This document shows, piece after piece, positions 49,165-61,490 of a stretch of 64,000 nt of DNA. The DNA is taken from positions 86,800,001 through 86,864,000 of the forward strand of contig NC_043002.1 of the NCBI RefSeq assembly GCF_006345805.1. The letters run 5' to 3'. The stretch comes from Octopus sinensis (lineage: Eukaryota). The notes under the pieces are model-generated. The model was not told where the DNA came from, ran no database searches, and worked only from the letters and a program-made list of their open reading frames with translations. Positions within the stretch are counted from its first letter, which is position 1. The number at the start of each line of letters is the position of its first letter. The position numbers and the translations under genes are program-made.

Positions 49165-51300
49165 TTTCCATGCTTTGCCATAGGTTTAAATGGGTTTTCT
49201 CTAATACAGCATCTTACCACTTGTCACAGTCCTTTATCTCTGCCCTGAAGTTCAGCCTCCTGAGATCAGCGTTCACCACTTCTTGTCATGTCTTCCTTGG
49301 TCTTTCACTTCTGCATATTCCTTCCACTTTGCTTGGTACTTCTTCACCTATCTGTCATCCTCTACATGCTTAACTTGTTCACACAAGCTTAGTCTCCTGT
49401 ACACCAGCCACACCTTATCCCTCTTATATCTAGTTTTTCTCTCTTTTCATTTGATCTGTCATTCATGCACATTAATATTACATGTCCAGTGAACATGCTT
49501 ACCTAATTTCTTTCTTAGCTATCACTCATTCGCATTCAATGTCCAGTATTTACTAATGTGCAATATTACATTTGTACACTAGTAGCATTGTGACATTTTC
49601 ACTCAGAAAGAGACTATCCGTTTTGCCAGTCGAGGTAAAGCTTCCTGATCTTTTTCCACCCAGTTCTTATTCTGACAATTTTATCAAGTGGAGGTGCAAT
49701 GGCCCAGTGGTTAGGGCAGCGGACTCGCGGTCGTGGGATCGCAATTTCAATTCCCAGACTGGGCATTGTGTTTATTGAGTGAAAACACCTAAAGCTCCAC
49801 AAGGCTCCAGCAGGGGGGCGGGGCGGACCCTGCTGTACTCTTTCACTACAACTTTCTCTCACTCTTCCTTCCTGTTTCTGTTGTACCTGTATTTCAAAGG
49901 GCCAGCCTTATCGTACACCGTGTCACATTGAATCTCCCTGAGAAGTACATTAAGGGTACACATGTCTGTGGAGTGCTCAACCACTTACACATTAATTTCA
50001 CAAGCAGGCTGTTCTGTTGATCGGATCAACTGGAACCCTCATCGTTGTAACCGACTGAGTGCCACGATTTTATCAGGAACACTGCTAATTTAATTACCAA
50101 GGTATGGAAACTATCAACTATAACTCGTGAATTCTCTAAGAATTTGTAAGACTTTGTTACTCCTATTGCTCACAAGCCATTTATCTGTACCTAAACTATA
50201 GTGTGGGGTACCTTGCCAAAGCCTTGTATAAATCTGCAATGTGGCTTAGTTTTTGCCAAGAACCTCTGGAGATAACTCATAAGGAAAATGGCATCAGTGG
50301 TTCTCCCATCTTAGTTCTAATGAAAAGCTTATAGCACAACTAATTAGAAAGAGATTTAATTTAGACAAGATGCAGATTTGGTATGTACTTGGTTCATCCT
50401 TATGATGGATTGAGTGCATGTCCTGTGTTGCCAGGTATATTCAGCATCTCAGCCACTAGCTCTTGTGCTCCTGCTGCTTTCTCTGCTTCTATATCCTTTA
50501 TGGCCATTGGGCTCCCAATATACCTGAGGTACTTGCTCTTATGAATTCTCCTTATTCAGTAACCTCTTGTAATAAAATTTCCATGCCTCTTTCTTGCCAG
50601 TGTCAGAGCAAGTATACTGCTATCATTACACACTTTTCACTAAGAGTGTCCTAGTTCATACTGATACATTGTTTTACAATCTGGAACACTTCACACCTAA
50701 TTCTCAATATTGGCAAGCCTGTTACTTCTTACTTCTCTTCTTGAGAAATGTACTTAACATTTAGCCTCTCTTCTAGTTATCTGATATCCTTATTTGTTCT
50801 CCTGCACTTAGATGTTCACTTGTAGGTGATCAGGTGAGTGACTGGTTTCTTGAAGTTAGTGTTAGAAATGATTAGGTTATTTGCATCAGAAATCAGGTGC
50901 TTCAATCCCTCTTTATTTTATGCACATCAAAATAGCCATCATGACCATTTCCAACATGTCTATTGTCCTCAGCAGTGCTAACGAAGTTACTATTTGTTAT
51001 TTAGTGTGAAAAAGGGACCTGTAGAAATGGTCTTGTTTTGCTCATTTGTCAGTCCAGATTGTGCAAATGCAGAGATCACTATTGCTGTTTTATTACATTT
51101 AACTTATCTAAGCTTACTTGTTCTATTACATACTCTATTTTTATTATTTTATCTATCAGCGCTGTTACCCGTTTCAAAAAATTTGTTTCTATCTGAGATC
51201 ATGAGGAACCTAACTGAGGCTCTTCTCCCCATCTTACCTCATGTACACAGCACATATCTATTGACTTCTGCTCTAGTATCTCTCTCTAAACCTACCATCC
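49165..51300 (-). mobile_element. Heavily decayed, internally deleted RTE LINE (endonuclease to 3' end), interrupted by a SINE
   Basis: Minus strand DANNLIISNTNFKKPVTHLITY (about 50830-50890, RTE endonuclease). YLGN*ISS...IVRIRTGWKKIRKL reads through the SINE insertion site. The RxGRPRKT-like end lies near 49280-49330. Confidence 0.65.
49690..50066 (+). mobile_element. Near full-length tRNA-derived SINE with target-site duplication
   Basis: Head GGAGGTGCAATGGCCCAGTGGTTAGGGCAGCGGACTCGCGG...TTTCAATTCCC. TSD ATTTTATCA at 49678-49686 and 50067-50075. Confidence 0.85.
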
Positions 51301-51390
51301 AACATTGATGGTAGCAACCATGATGTTTAGTACCTGTCAGACTTGAGAGCTTCTAGTGTTTTGATTGCTTAATGTCTATTTAACTAACAA

Positions 51391-51555
51391 GCACTCTGTC
51401 GGTTATGATAATGAGGGTTCCAGTTGATCCGATCAACAGAACTGCTTGCTTGTGAAATTCACTTGCAAGTGGCTGAGTACTCCACAGACATGTAGTTCTC
51501 AGGGAGATTCAGCATGACACAGTGTGACAAGGTTGGCCCTTTGAAATACAGGTAC
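51391..51555 (-). mobile_element. 3' half of the same SINE family as 49690-50066
   Basis: GAGGGTTCCAGTTGATCCGATCAACAGAAC...CAGGGAGATTCA...CCCTTTGAAATACAGGTAC is the reverse complement of 49883-50064. Confidence 0.85.
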
Positions 51556-52444
51556 TACTCATTTTTGCCAGCTGAGTGGCAAATGTCTATTTATCTTGGA
51601 AAAAGAAGAGTTGGTGCAATCATGACAGTTATGGGGTTCTCGCACATGGTTATATTTCCTGCCTGGCCACCTATCATGTGCTGTACAAACATTTCAAGTA
51701 TTAGCCCCATACATTGCAATTTTTCATTAATTTTGAATATATTTTTGGTGTGTTGTTTACATCGGATGCCCTTTCTACTACAAACTACTTTACAGCGCAT
51801 TTTATCATTGCACTCATACTAGTCATTGTGTGACAAGAATGGTTTGCCTTTTATAATGCTTCAGTTTTCTTCACTGTTACTCCTTGATGGGTTGCCTTCA
51901 CTGTAGCTTCTAAAGTCCACATCTCCACTACAGAAATTTTTGTTTGGAATTATTGCTCTTCTAGATGGGTTGCCTTCCCTCTGGTTTGCAGAGTAGAATT
52001 TCTGTTCGCAGTTTATTACCATCACAGATTCAGCTTGAAGGTGATGGTTCTTTAACCTTCTTATTTTTTTGGTTTTAGGAAAAGAATATCAGTTGCAATA
52101 AGAGTCCATGAGATAACCTATTGAGTTGCATCTCTTGCTAAGATAATGATAGACAATAATAAATCAAATCACCTTCTGAGAATTTACATCCATTTTATCA
52201 TTTTAATTTCCACTTCCCTATACTTGCATGGATTGGACGAAATTGAGGAGGCAAATTTCCTACAAGTGGATGCATCCATTACCTATTTCCAAACAAGATA
52301 AGATTTCTTCTGGTTCTTTAAAAATGAAAGCACATGTTTTTACAGCAGATTGCAAATATATGTCATAGCTTGTATGATGGTGGAATTTGTTTACAATTAC
52401 ACAATGTCAAGGCAGATGCACATGTGTGAGGGTTGTAATCTTAG

Positions 52445-52825
52445 TATCCACTTTTCCATGCTTGCATAGTTCAGATGGAATTTATTGAGGCAGATTTTCT
52501 ACTGTCAGCAACTCTCACCTATTTCCAAGCATGGTAATATTTCCCCATGGCCACGCATATTTTTGCTGAATACTGGAAATGAATGACATTGCTTATATGT
52601 CAGTGACACCCATTTACAATTATCCTGTGATGACTAGGCAAGGAGATATAATGTACACACACACTCACAGACTTCATTCAGTTTCTGTATCAAATCTTCT
52701 CAAAGCTTTGGTTAGCCTGAGGCTATAGCAAAATGTAATTGCCTAAAGTGTCACACACACTGTGACTGAACCTGAAATCACATGGTTGCAAAATGAAATT
52801 CTTGACTAAACAGCCATGCCTGTGC
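52445..52825 (-). mobile_element. tRNA-headed SINE with RTE-like tail
   Basis: Minus strand begins GCACAGGCATGGCTGTTTAG..CATGTGATTTCAGGTTCAGTC and ends GCAAGCATGGAAAAGTGGATA. A partial tail copy lies at about 52208-52280. Confidence 0.65.
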
Positions 52826-52917
52826 TTTTTATAATTTAAATATTGCTTGTTCTAGTAAACTCATTTCACATTTTATAGTAATTTTTAAAGTTAGCATTTC
52901 AAATTTCTTCACAGATA

Positions 52918-53145
52918 TTTATAAGCCATTTACGAAACACACAAAAACAGATTCGCTTCAACATTTAAATTTAATTTGTGAAAATATTTTCGTCGCTTTG
53001 AGACCGCGACCTGTTCACTGACAAAATTCTGACCTGTCAGTGAACAGGTCGTAGTCTGAAAGCAACGAAAATATTTTGACAAATTAAATTTAAATGTTGA
53101 AGTGAATCTTAACGGTTTTTGCGTGTTTCTTAAATGGCTTATAAA
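52918..53145. mobile_element. Foldback/palindromic element (probable MITE)
   Basis: Arms 52918-53023 and 53035-53145 are near-perfect reverse complements separated by 11 nt; CpG-rich compared with the flanks. Confidence 0.85.
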
Positions 53146-54453
53146 CACCCTCCACGCTGCAATTGTTTTTGTTCCAGCACATACTTTCAACTTTGGAATA
53201 GCCTTGAGTTAAGTTAAGTTGATAGTATGTGTATTAGAGGCAGCCTTAATAGAAAAACTTGATTCAAAACATTATAGCTGCATTGAGCTCATAAGCTGTT
53301 AATTTAACCAAGATGTTTTTATGCTAGGCATATTCAAAGGATTTGCTATTGTTAGGTACTGCTTTTAAATAATAATAATAATAATAATAATGAAATTGTA
53401 TACAGTGCTTAGGTGCACCACAACTTGTCAAAAGTGCATATAACGCATAACGTGATGTTAGTACTGGTGGTCATAGAGAAAGGCGTTAAACTCAGTGAGT
53501 GCAATATATCAATAGCTGGCAGTCAGCAAGGTTGCTTTTCTAGGAAATAGGATTGCATCATTGAATGTTTCCATATATTGTAATGGGATCTAGCTCTGGA
53601 GTTTAGTGCTTCGAGAGCAATTGAAGTAAGCCCATCAAGTCCAGTCACTTTGTCAATCTATATACTTGAGACAAGAATATTTGATTCTGGACAAAACTAT
53701 CCAAATAAGAGCAAAATAATTTTAAAAATACTTATCAAATCTCCAAATATTTTGCAACTGAATAGATCTTAATTGTGAAATAATAATTTAGAAAAGTAAG
53801 CTTTGTTTCACAAAACATAAGTTAATTAAAATAATGTAAATGGGAATAATTGTTGAGAAGCTGTAAATATTTTTTTAAAATAAGTTAAGTTTGTTTTAGA
53901 ATATAACTGAATTCTTTACAAATACAATTTTTCTTTGTATGAAATGTTTTACATGTCACTAAAATTTCAGTATTCATTCAATTAAGCTATTTTTTACTAA
54001 AATTAGAGTGTCTGTTCATACAGTTACAATTCAAAACTGAAATTGCTATGAAACTTGCACAAAAACCATTATTAAATAAACTGAGTTTTCTTAAAAAAGT
54101 TTTTATAATTTTAAATTTCTGTAACCAGTATAGTTTTAAACTTCAGTATATGATGTTACTTTTGTGAAATCATATCCTGAAGTAGTTCCCTTTGCTGGGG
54201 AGGGGGGGAGCAAATAAAGCTAAGTATCAAAGTTTACAGCTTTATGTTGCAATTGTTTTCGTTCCAGCACATGATCTCAGATCAGGTCACTTGCTCTGCA
54301 AGTACATCTCCATAATGTTTTTAACAATTACTGGAAAGAAATTTTATGACTGCTCTCAAATTGAGTGACTCTACTGCCACAGTCTCATCCAATGCATGCC
54401 ACCATAGTAAAGTTGACGTAAAAGCAATGATAATGTAGTGTAATTAAATTTAA

Positions 54454-54672
54454 CCCTTTAACGTTCACAATTATTCTATCAGAAATAATGCTTATTTATT
54501 CTCGTTATTTCGTATTAATAATACATTATGTTATAGCTTTGAGATTTTTCAGAGGTAACTTAATTTTTAGACTGATATTGTAGGGTTAGTGTGAGAGTTG
54601 AGATCTGACCAGTTTGGTCATAAAAGAAGTAGAATATTTTGGCTGGTTATGGCCAGTTTAAATGTTAAAGGG
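54454..54672. mobile_element. piggyBac-like MITE
   Basis: TTAA|CCCTTTAACGTT...AATGTTAAAGGG|TTAA, i.e. TTAA duplication and CCC/GGG termini. Confidence 0.75.
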
Positions 54673-56464
54673 TTAATAGGATAATGTTCATTTAACATGT
54701 TTTTTTCATGCTAGCATGGACTGGACAGGAGCATATTTAAGTCAGTTTATGGTTGGATGCTCTATTTGTCACCAACCCATACCTGTTTTTCAACTAAGGG
54801 ATTTTTTTTTATTTCACAGGTCTTCGGTAGTACAGTTACTAGTTGTAATGTTAACCAAGAATGTACACCCCATTCACTGTTTTGCTTAAGCAGAATTGTG
54901 GGATGTCTATAATCATGTATGCATGTACACACACACAAGTTGGGCTTCTTACAGTCTTTACCTACTAAATTCACTCACGGCATTGGTTGACTCAGAATGT
55001 TAGAAGTCATTAGTACAAGGTACTGTGCAGTGGGACTGAACTGTAAATCATGTGATTGTGAAGCAGACTTGCTCTTTTAATTAAATTTTTGAACTTTGTT
55101 TCGTAATTGTAATTTTTGTTTAGCATTAATTGTAAATATTTCTTATACATAATTTTTTTTTCTATATTATTTAAAAGTAAGTTTTGTTTAAATCAGGGTG
55201 TTTTTAATAGAAAACATCGAAGTAACCAAAATACACAAAATATGCACTCTTAAACATTCACTTTACTCATAAAGATTGAAGTTAAGATATTAGAAAATTC
55301 TGCCACCCCCTTTTTTTCATTCCTTTTCCTAAGTTAACATGAGTGGGTTGGTGTTCATTGAAACAATTTTACAGCCCAATGCTCATTTACTTGTAATTTT
55401 TGTAAAAATAGGAGTGGAACCTGTTTCTATCAGCTAAGCAAACTTGCATCAGTTATGTACCTTGTCCCAAGTGACAACAATCAGTGTTTGATTTGATGAC
55501 TACCTGGTCTGTAATTTAGCACTTCATTTATTTTTCTGCCATAGTACCTCTATCAGTAGAAGCTGCTGCAATATTGGTAATTATTTCTCTCTATACACAC
55601 CAGTATTGATTTATGAAAAAATGGAAACTGCTGGCAGTAATCATTACTCATTTAGATTATGATTACAACACACAGCTATTTGTAATATGAGTAAATAATT
55701 ACGTATAATTTTTAGACCATGCCTAGTTAGTAAATGTGCAGTGGAATTCCAACCAATATTATATATAACCACACCTACAGGTAAGGCACAATACTTAGAA
55801 AAAAAAATTCCCAATGTATGAAATTACTGACATCCCTTTACCAGCTTATAAATACATATGGCTGTTAAAAATATGTACTTTAACCGTTCCTTGAAAGAGC
55901 TGTATAGGTTATAGCAGTTACATATATCTGATTGCTGTAAAGAGATTTGGACATATGTAGGATGACAATTGCTATCTAATGTACACATTAATTTTCTGCT
56001 ATGTTTAGAGCTTTTGGATGACATTAAATTACTTATAGACTAAATTTTCTTTCCACATTTTACGTGTTAAGAAGTCCTTTTTGCACTTACATAGTTTCAT
56101 GTTCAGTCCCACTGTGCAGCCTTTGAACAAGTGGAACCTTGGTTTACAAATGTCTCTCATCATGAACAAACTGGTTTACAAGTAATTTTACAAGCATAAA
56201 ACGTCTTGGGTGATGAACAGTGTCTTGAGTAATGAACATGCAAGTCAGCAACAATAATTGGTGACAAGCTCAGAGGATCAGTGGGAGAGCATGTCACTGT
56301 CTAGCTTTTACTCAGTGCACATTTCTACTCGAATTCGCTGTTCTTTCTCTTGACTTTCCTATGGAAAATTTAGTTTCAGTTAATGAACATTTCGAGCAAC
56401 CTTCAGGAATAAATTAATTCATAAACTGAGGTTGGTTCCATTGTATTTTCTTCTTTAACTCCAG

Positions 56465-56692
56465 GTTGATCAATTCGGTGAGCAGAAACAGTGTGAAAGC
56501 CTGGTGTATGTGTGTGTGTATGTTTGTCTCCACTACTTGACAACTCATGTTGGTTTATGTCCATATCAAAAGTTTGGCAAAAGAGATTGATAGAATAAAT
56601 ACCAGACTTAAAGTAAGATGGGATTGATTTGATCAAGAAAAAAGCCATTAGCCCAGCATGGCTTTATTCCATTGATTGAAACAAGTAAAAGT
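56465..56692 (+). mobile_element. tRNA-derived SINE, 3' part
   Basis: TTGACAAC...GGCAAAAGAGATTGATAGAATAA...CCAGCATGGC...TGAAACAAGTAAAAG. Confidence 0.7.
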
Positions 56693-58440
56693 AAATAATA
56701 AATGATATTTTGTATTTTCTCCCTCATATGTCTATCTTGTATATCAAACCTAGATTCTTATAAAAAAACTTAATAATATATTATTTTCCCATTACATAAG
56801 TAGACTGAAATTGAGCTAAATTTCGTGCTATGTCACATAGACCTTTCCATTTTTTAAATGAATTTTGAAAAGTTATAAAGCTAATTATTAAATTTTCCAT
56901 TTAATCTGTAAACCATTAATCAGCTGTATATTGTCCTATTCTTTTATCTTGATAAACCTTACAGAAAGTAGAGAACATATAGTAACGGAAATGTTTTTTC
57001 TTTAATTGAATGTAGTTTTCTAATAAAAGAAAAATATTAGAATTGTTAATCAAATTTTAAAACAAATATATGTATATTGTTGTAGACATGTATTGAGCAT
57101 AAACTTGAACTGTCAAACCTTTATTTCACATTAAGTTCTAACTTACTTGTCTACTATGCCACTGACAAATAGTACAAATAAATCAATTTTGATAACTGTA
57201 TTATTCATCCATTTCATAGTGAGTAAGGTACTACAGATCTGTATAAAAGTTCTTAGTCCAATCCCAGCTTGAGAATGCATACACACATGATGATAAACTA
57301 AGGTTAAGGAATGAAATTAAGAGAAGAACCTGAAAATTTTTTTCTCATTTCCCTTGAAAACTCATCTGAATAGTTTAGATATGTGATGAACATGACTTGC
57401 AAAATGAAAAAGTAATTGCATTCAGAGATATTGGTGAAAACATAATTATATTCATGCTATGGCTATGAATGAGTTGTTTTAGCTCCTAGTCAAGCATGAT
57501 TAAACCAATGGCATTCACATTCAAGTGATGCAAGCATGGAAAACAAACGTTAAAGGAGGAGGAGGAGGATTCATGCTGTGACTATCCTATCTTTTCTGAT
57601 ATTTAGGACTACAATATTCAATGTATCCTTTTTATAAGATTTGTAGGGTATGGTATGAGGGAGATTTGGTTGTTCCTAGCAGATAATCTCACAGACTCCT
57701 TTTTTATCTCATTAATATTGTTTTTTAGCTCCATGTCAGCAGAACTGATGAAAGGCATTCCAACAAAGACGATTCCTATAATTTATTTTTAGGTCAGTGT
57801 ACCTGGGATGTTATCCAATGTGTCAAGATGAATATGATCTGTGTGGGATTTGGTATCTGCTTCTAGTAGGTTGAGTGAAGGCAAAACCAACCTTTATCTG
57901 TCTGCAGGCCTTTTTGTTCATATTAGATATTAAGGCCACAACACTAAAACAATAATCAAATAAACCATATGTAGTACAGTAAAACATTACATTAAGTAAC
58001 CCATAAAATTTGTGAGAGACTATGTGAATAGTGAAATGAAATTGTCAGACATAAAGATTGTTGCAGAATTGTGATAAAAAGTTATGTTCTGACATGATTG
58101 TGTGCCATACAAAATAACAAAAGGACTTCATACAGTTCATGCTGCAGGTCACCCATGATTCAAATAAGCCTCTCTACTCCTTCACTTATAATGTAACTGT
58201 TGATAGGATACAGGCATGAAACCAGGAGATACTTGAGACAGTTATTAGTTGTGGAGTGTTAAATGTGATAGTGAATGAGAATAGGTTTGGATAAATTAAA
58301 GATAAACTGTTGCGCTGACTAATATTATCTGTCAGTTGATCACTTGATAACTTCTGTAAATTAATACTTTTAGAACAATCATATTACATTTATTAAGTCA
58401 CTACTTTCCAAAAATTAAAATGTATACAAATTTGCGGATT

Positions 58441-58675
58441 CTTTTATTCTTCTACTTGTTTCAGTCATTTGGTTATGGCCATGCTGGAGCACCACCTTTA
58501 TGGGTTTTTTTTCTCTTTTTTAGTCAGAAGAAATCAACCACAGGACTTTGTACTTGTTCTATCAGTCTCTTACTGAACCACCAAGTTACAGGGACATAAG
58601 CACTAATATCAGTTGCCAAGTGACGGTGTGTGGGACAAACACATATATACATATACACACGTGTGTATGTGTGTA
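58441..58675 (-). mobile_element. tRNA-derived SINE, 3' part
   Basis: CTACTTGTTTCAGTCATTTGG..GGCCATGCTGGAGCACCACCTTTA...TTCTATCAGTCTCT. Confidence 0.75.
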
Positions 58676-58682
58676 ATATGGT

Positions 58683-58794
58683 ATGAGGAAGGGAAACCAT
58701 GCCACATCAGACTGGAACCTGGTGCAGCTCTGTTTTATCAAACTGTCTAACTCATGCCAGCATGAAAAGCAGACGTTAAATGGTGGTGGTGGTG

Positions 58795-58800
<6 letters not shown>
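58683..58800 (+). mobile_element. RTE tail fragment with a (GGT)n tail
   Basis: CAGACTGGAACCTGGTGCAGC...CATGCCAGCATGAAAAGCAGACGTTAAATGGTGGTGGT. Confidence 0.7.
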
Positions 58801-58833
<33 letters not shown>

Positions 58834-58943
58834 TACTTTATTACAAAGTATATTACTCTACCCCTAGTATTAGTACTATTTTTTCCGTCTTGTTTCGCAT
58901 TTATGTGCTTACTCTGGTGTATATATGTATGTTTGTGTATGTA

Positions 58944-58986
<43 letters not shown>

Positions 58987-59061
58987 GAACGGACGTTAAA
59001 CGATGATGATGATGATATATGAGAGTATTGTTGTTCGCTTGAAGCATTGTGTATTGTTTGT

Positions 59062-60058
59062 AAAGAATAAAAAGTTTTGAATGGTACAAAATGCACTGTA
59101 ATATAGACAATGGGCTATTTACCCTGTTGTACCCTAGATCCATTGTAAATTGGATTAAGTACCCAAGACGACCAACACGCTGAACACATAGAAAACCCAA
59201 CAATACATGCTTCTTTAAAATACCCCATTTTAGCAAGAGGATAACTACATCCATCCGAAGAGCCATAAGGAGAGAAGGGCCCCTCTCTGAGAGGACACCT
59301 CACTAAGAAACGAATAAGGGACAACAATCAATGTACCCTAACAAACTGTCCCATCCGTGACACAGATTTATGCCAACGGGTAAATGCTGTGTATAGAATA
59401 CAATGTAACAAATGCAACAAGTCCTATGTGGGTAGCACAACAAGCCTGTTACATGTCCACATCAAAGAACATCTGAACACGAGAGCTTCCTCCTTCAGAA
59501 AACATCTAGACAGATGCCGGAACACCGACAAAAGCAGAACAGTCACAATTGAGGCCAATGAAAGAAATTTGGGTAACTTAAGAATTAAGGAAGCTATAAT
59601 CATAGACAGACTAGGGCCCCAAATTAACAACAGGCTGGAGGTTGGTAATCAATACATTATTTAGATACATCTGGATGCGTGTAGGTTCATTTTTGATAAT
59701 ATACTCATCTGTAGTTTTTAACAAAAAAGAGGAAGCTGCACATATAATACGTAACTTAGAAGCAGCGCTATGGATGTACCAGCACACACGAGATTGAGAC
59801 ATAGCCGACCTCGCACACTTTTCATGAAGAATTCCGGAAGGAGCCTCGTGAGACCACTGCTGAGATGCTTCCAAAAAATAAAAAAGAAAAGCCGTTAGAA
59901 AACTGATTATAGCAGGAATGCCATCTAAGAATATCTGAATAAGGAATATTATTCTGAAATAATCATATCAGACTATGGATGACTAAATTACAACAGGTAA
60001 ATAGCCCATTGTCTATATTATAGTGCATTGTTGTACCATTCAAAACTTTTTATTCTTT
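59062..60058 (+). mobile_element. Penelope-like element fragment: RT-thumb/linker, GIY-YIG endonuclease, ~70 bp inverted termini
   Basis: ORF 59389-59664 VYRIQCNKCNKSYVGSTTSLLHVHIKEH...LRIKEAIII..PQIN. Upstream in frame QCTLTNCPIRDTDLC (Cys linker) and, frameshifted, FKIPHFSKRITTSIRRAIRREG. 59062-59131 is the reverse complement of 59989-60058. Confidence 0.88.
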
Positions 60059-60070
60059 TTATATATATAT

Positions 60071-60188
60071 GATGGGCTTCTCCCAATTTCTGTTAACCAA
60101 ATCCACTTGCCCAATGTGCCACGCAGTGGGATTGAACCCAGAACCATGTGGTTGGGGAGCAAGCTTCTTACTCCACAGCCATGCCTCT
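60071..60188 (-). mobile_element. tRNA-derived SINE head (internally deleted)
   Basis: GTGCCACGCAGTGGGATTGAACCCAGAACCATGTGGTTGGGGAGCAAGCTTCTTACTCCACAGCCATGCC. Confidence 0.8.
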
Positions 60189-61299
60189 TGCATCTGTTAT
60201 AGATTTAATTTCCATTTATAACAAGATAACCAGCTTAATCTATAAGCCCATGCATTTTATTCTAGGAAAAAAACCTGTCCTGATATTATAGTTTTAATTT
60301 TTTAAAGAATTTTAAATAACAACCATTTTCTCTTTTAATCTTTAAAAAGAAAATGCCTACTTATTTTATAAGAATTAGTTGGCTTCATCTTCAAAAAGTA
60401 AAAAATTTTTCATCAAAAACCATAGTTTTATTTTCACTTTTGTCTTTTCTACAGATTATATCTATTTCTATTAATATGTATAAAAAATTTTTGGCAGTAT
60501 CTGTAAGCATATGAGTAACTTGTTGGCCCTTCCCTTTTTCTCTTATTCAAAAAGTTGCAATTGTCTTTCTCTCTCTCTCCCTGCTTCCCCTCCATTTTGT
60601 GATAAGACTGGTGTGGCCTCAATTATGGGTGTTGGTTTTCAGGTAGAGGAATGCCTACATTAGACTGAACCAGGGTCAAGCTTTACTGTTTACTGCTCCA
60701 TATTTGGTGAACTAGTATGGAGTTGGAACACATTCATCATTTTGGCATCCAGTCTTAACCATTTCAACAGGAAGTCACATTTGTAATTCTATTAACTTAT
60801 CTGGATTTTCTAATAAATCTCTTAATATTTTGTTTTGGTAGAATAGATTTGTCACACATCATATTCCACGGATATTAGCATTAGTTATTCTTAAAGAATT
60901 TTGTTCTCATTGTCATAATTTTATTATTTTTGAATCAGTAGTTTAGTTATTTGGCTCTTCATAAAATTTCTCAAAATTTTATCTTAAAAATTACAAATTT
61001 GTTTCCTAATTTGTTTCTAACTTGAAATTTCTCCAAAAATAAAAGGTTTTATAGTTTATTGCTTTAAGGGTAGTTTTAACTTATTGGTCCCATGTAGGAA
61101 GAGTAGAGCTTAAGGATTGGTTGGTTGATCAGATTCATCATCATTGAAAGATAAGGTTTAGCATGAAATTTATGGGCAGATTTTATACAGAATATAAATA
61201 AAAAAAAAAGAAATTTGAGGCAGGTATATTTAAATGGGGTTAACATAATTAAATTAAAAATTTAAGGTAGCAAAGGCTTGTCAGAGACCTAATATTGGT

Positions 61300-61467
61300 G
61301 GTGAGCTGGCAGAATCATTAGCATTCCAAGCAAAAAATTCTGCTGTGGTCAACTTTGCCTTCATCCTTTCGGGATGGATAAAATAAGTACCAGGTGAACA
61401 CCAGAGTAGATATAATCGACTTATCCCCTCCTGTGAAATTGATGGCCTTTGAGTCAAAATTTGAAGC
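61300..61467 (+). mobile_element. SINE (same family as 7571-7770)
   Basis: GTGAGCTGGCAGAATCATTAGCA...GTCAACTTTGCCTTCATCCTTTCGGGATGGATAAAATAAGTACCAG. Confidence 0.75.
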
Positions 61468-61490
61468 TAATTTTTTTTTTTCTTTTTTAA

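Noticed and set aside
49690-49765. tRNA-like sequences here and at 63610-63687 and 60120-60188
   Set aside because: They have A/B boxes but no complete cloverleaf and continue into SINE bodies, so they are SINE heads, not tRNA genes.
55716-55786. AG...CAG|GTAAGG pseudo-exon (65 nt)
   Set aside because: No PP2C coding similarity and a weak acceptor; common by chance in long introns.
57775-57800. TTTATTTTTAG|GTCAGT as a second recursive site
   Set aside because: Short tract, weaker donor, and it lies within a degenerate interspersed repeat.
59815-59860. CATGAAGAATTCCGGAAGGAG as a possible PLE hammerhead
   Set aside because: Lacks the CUGA start and the GAAA.
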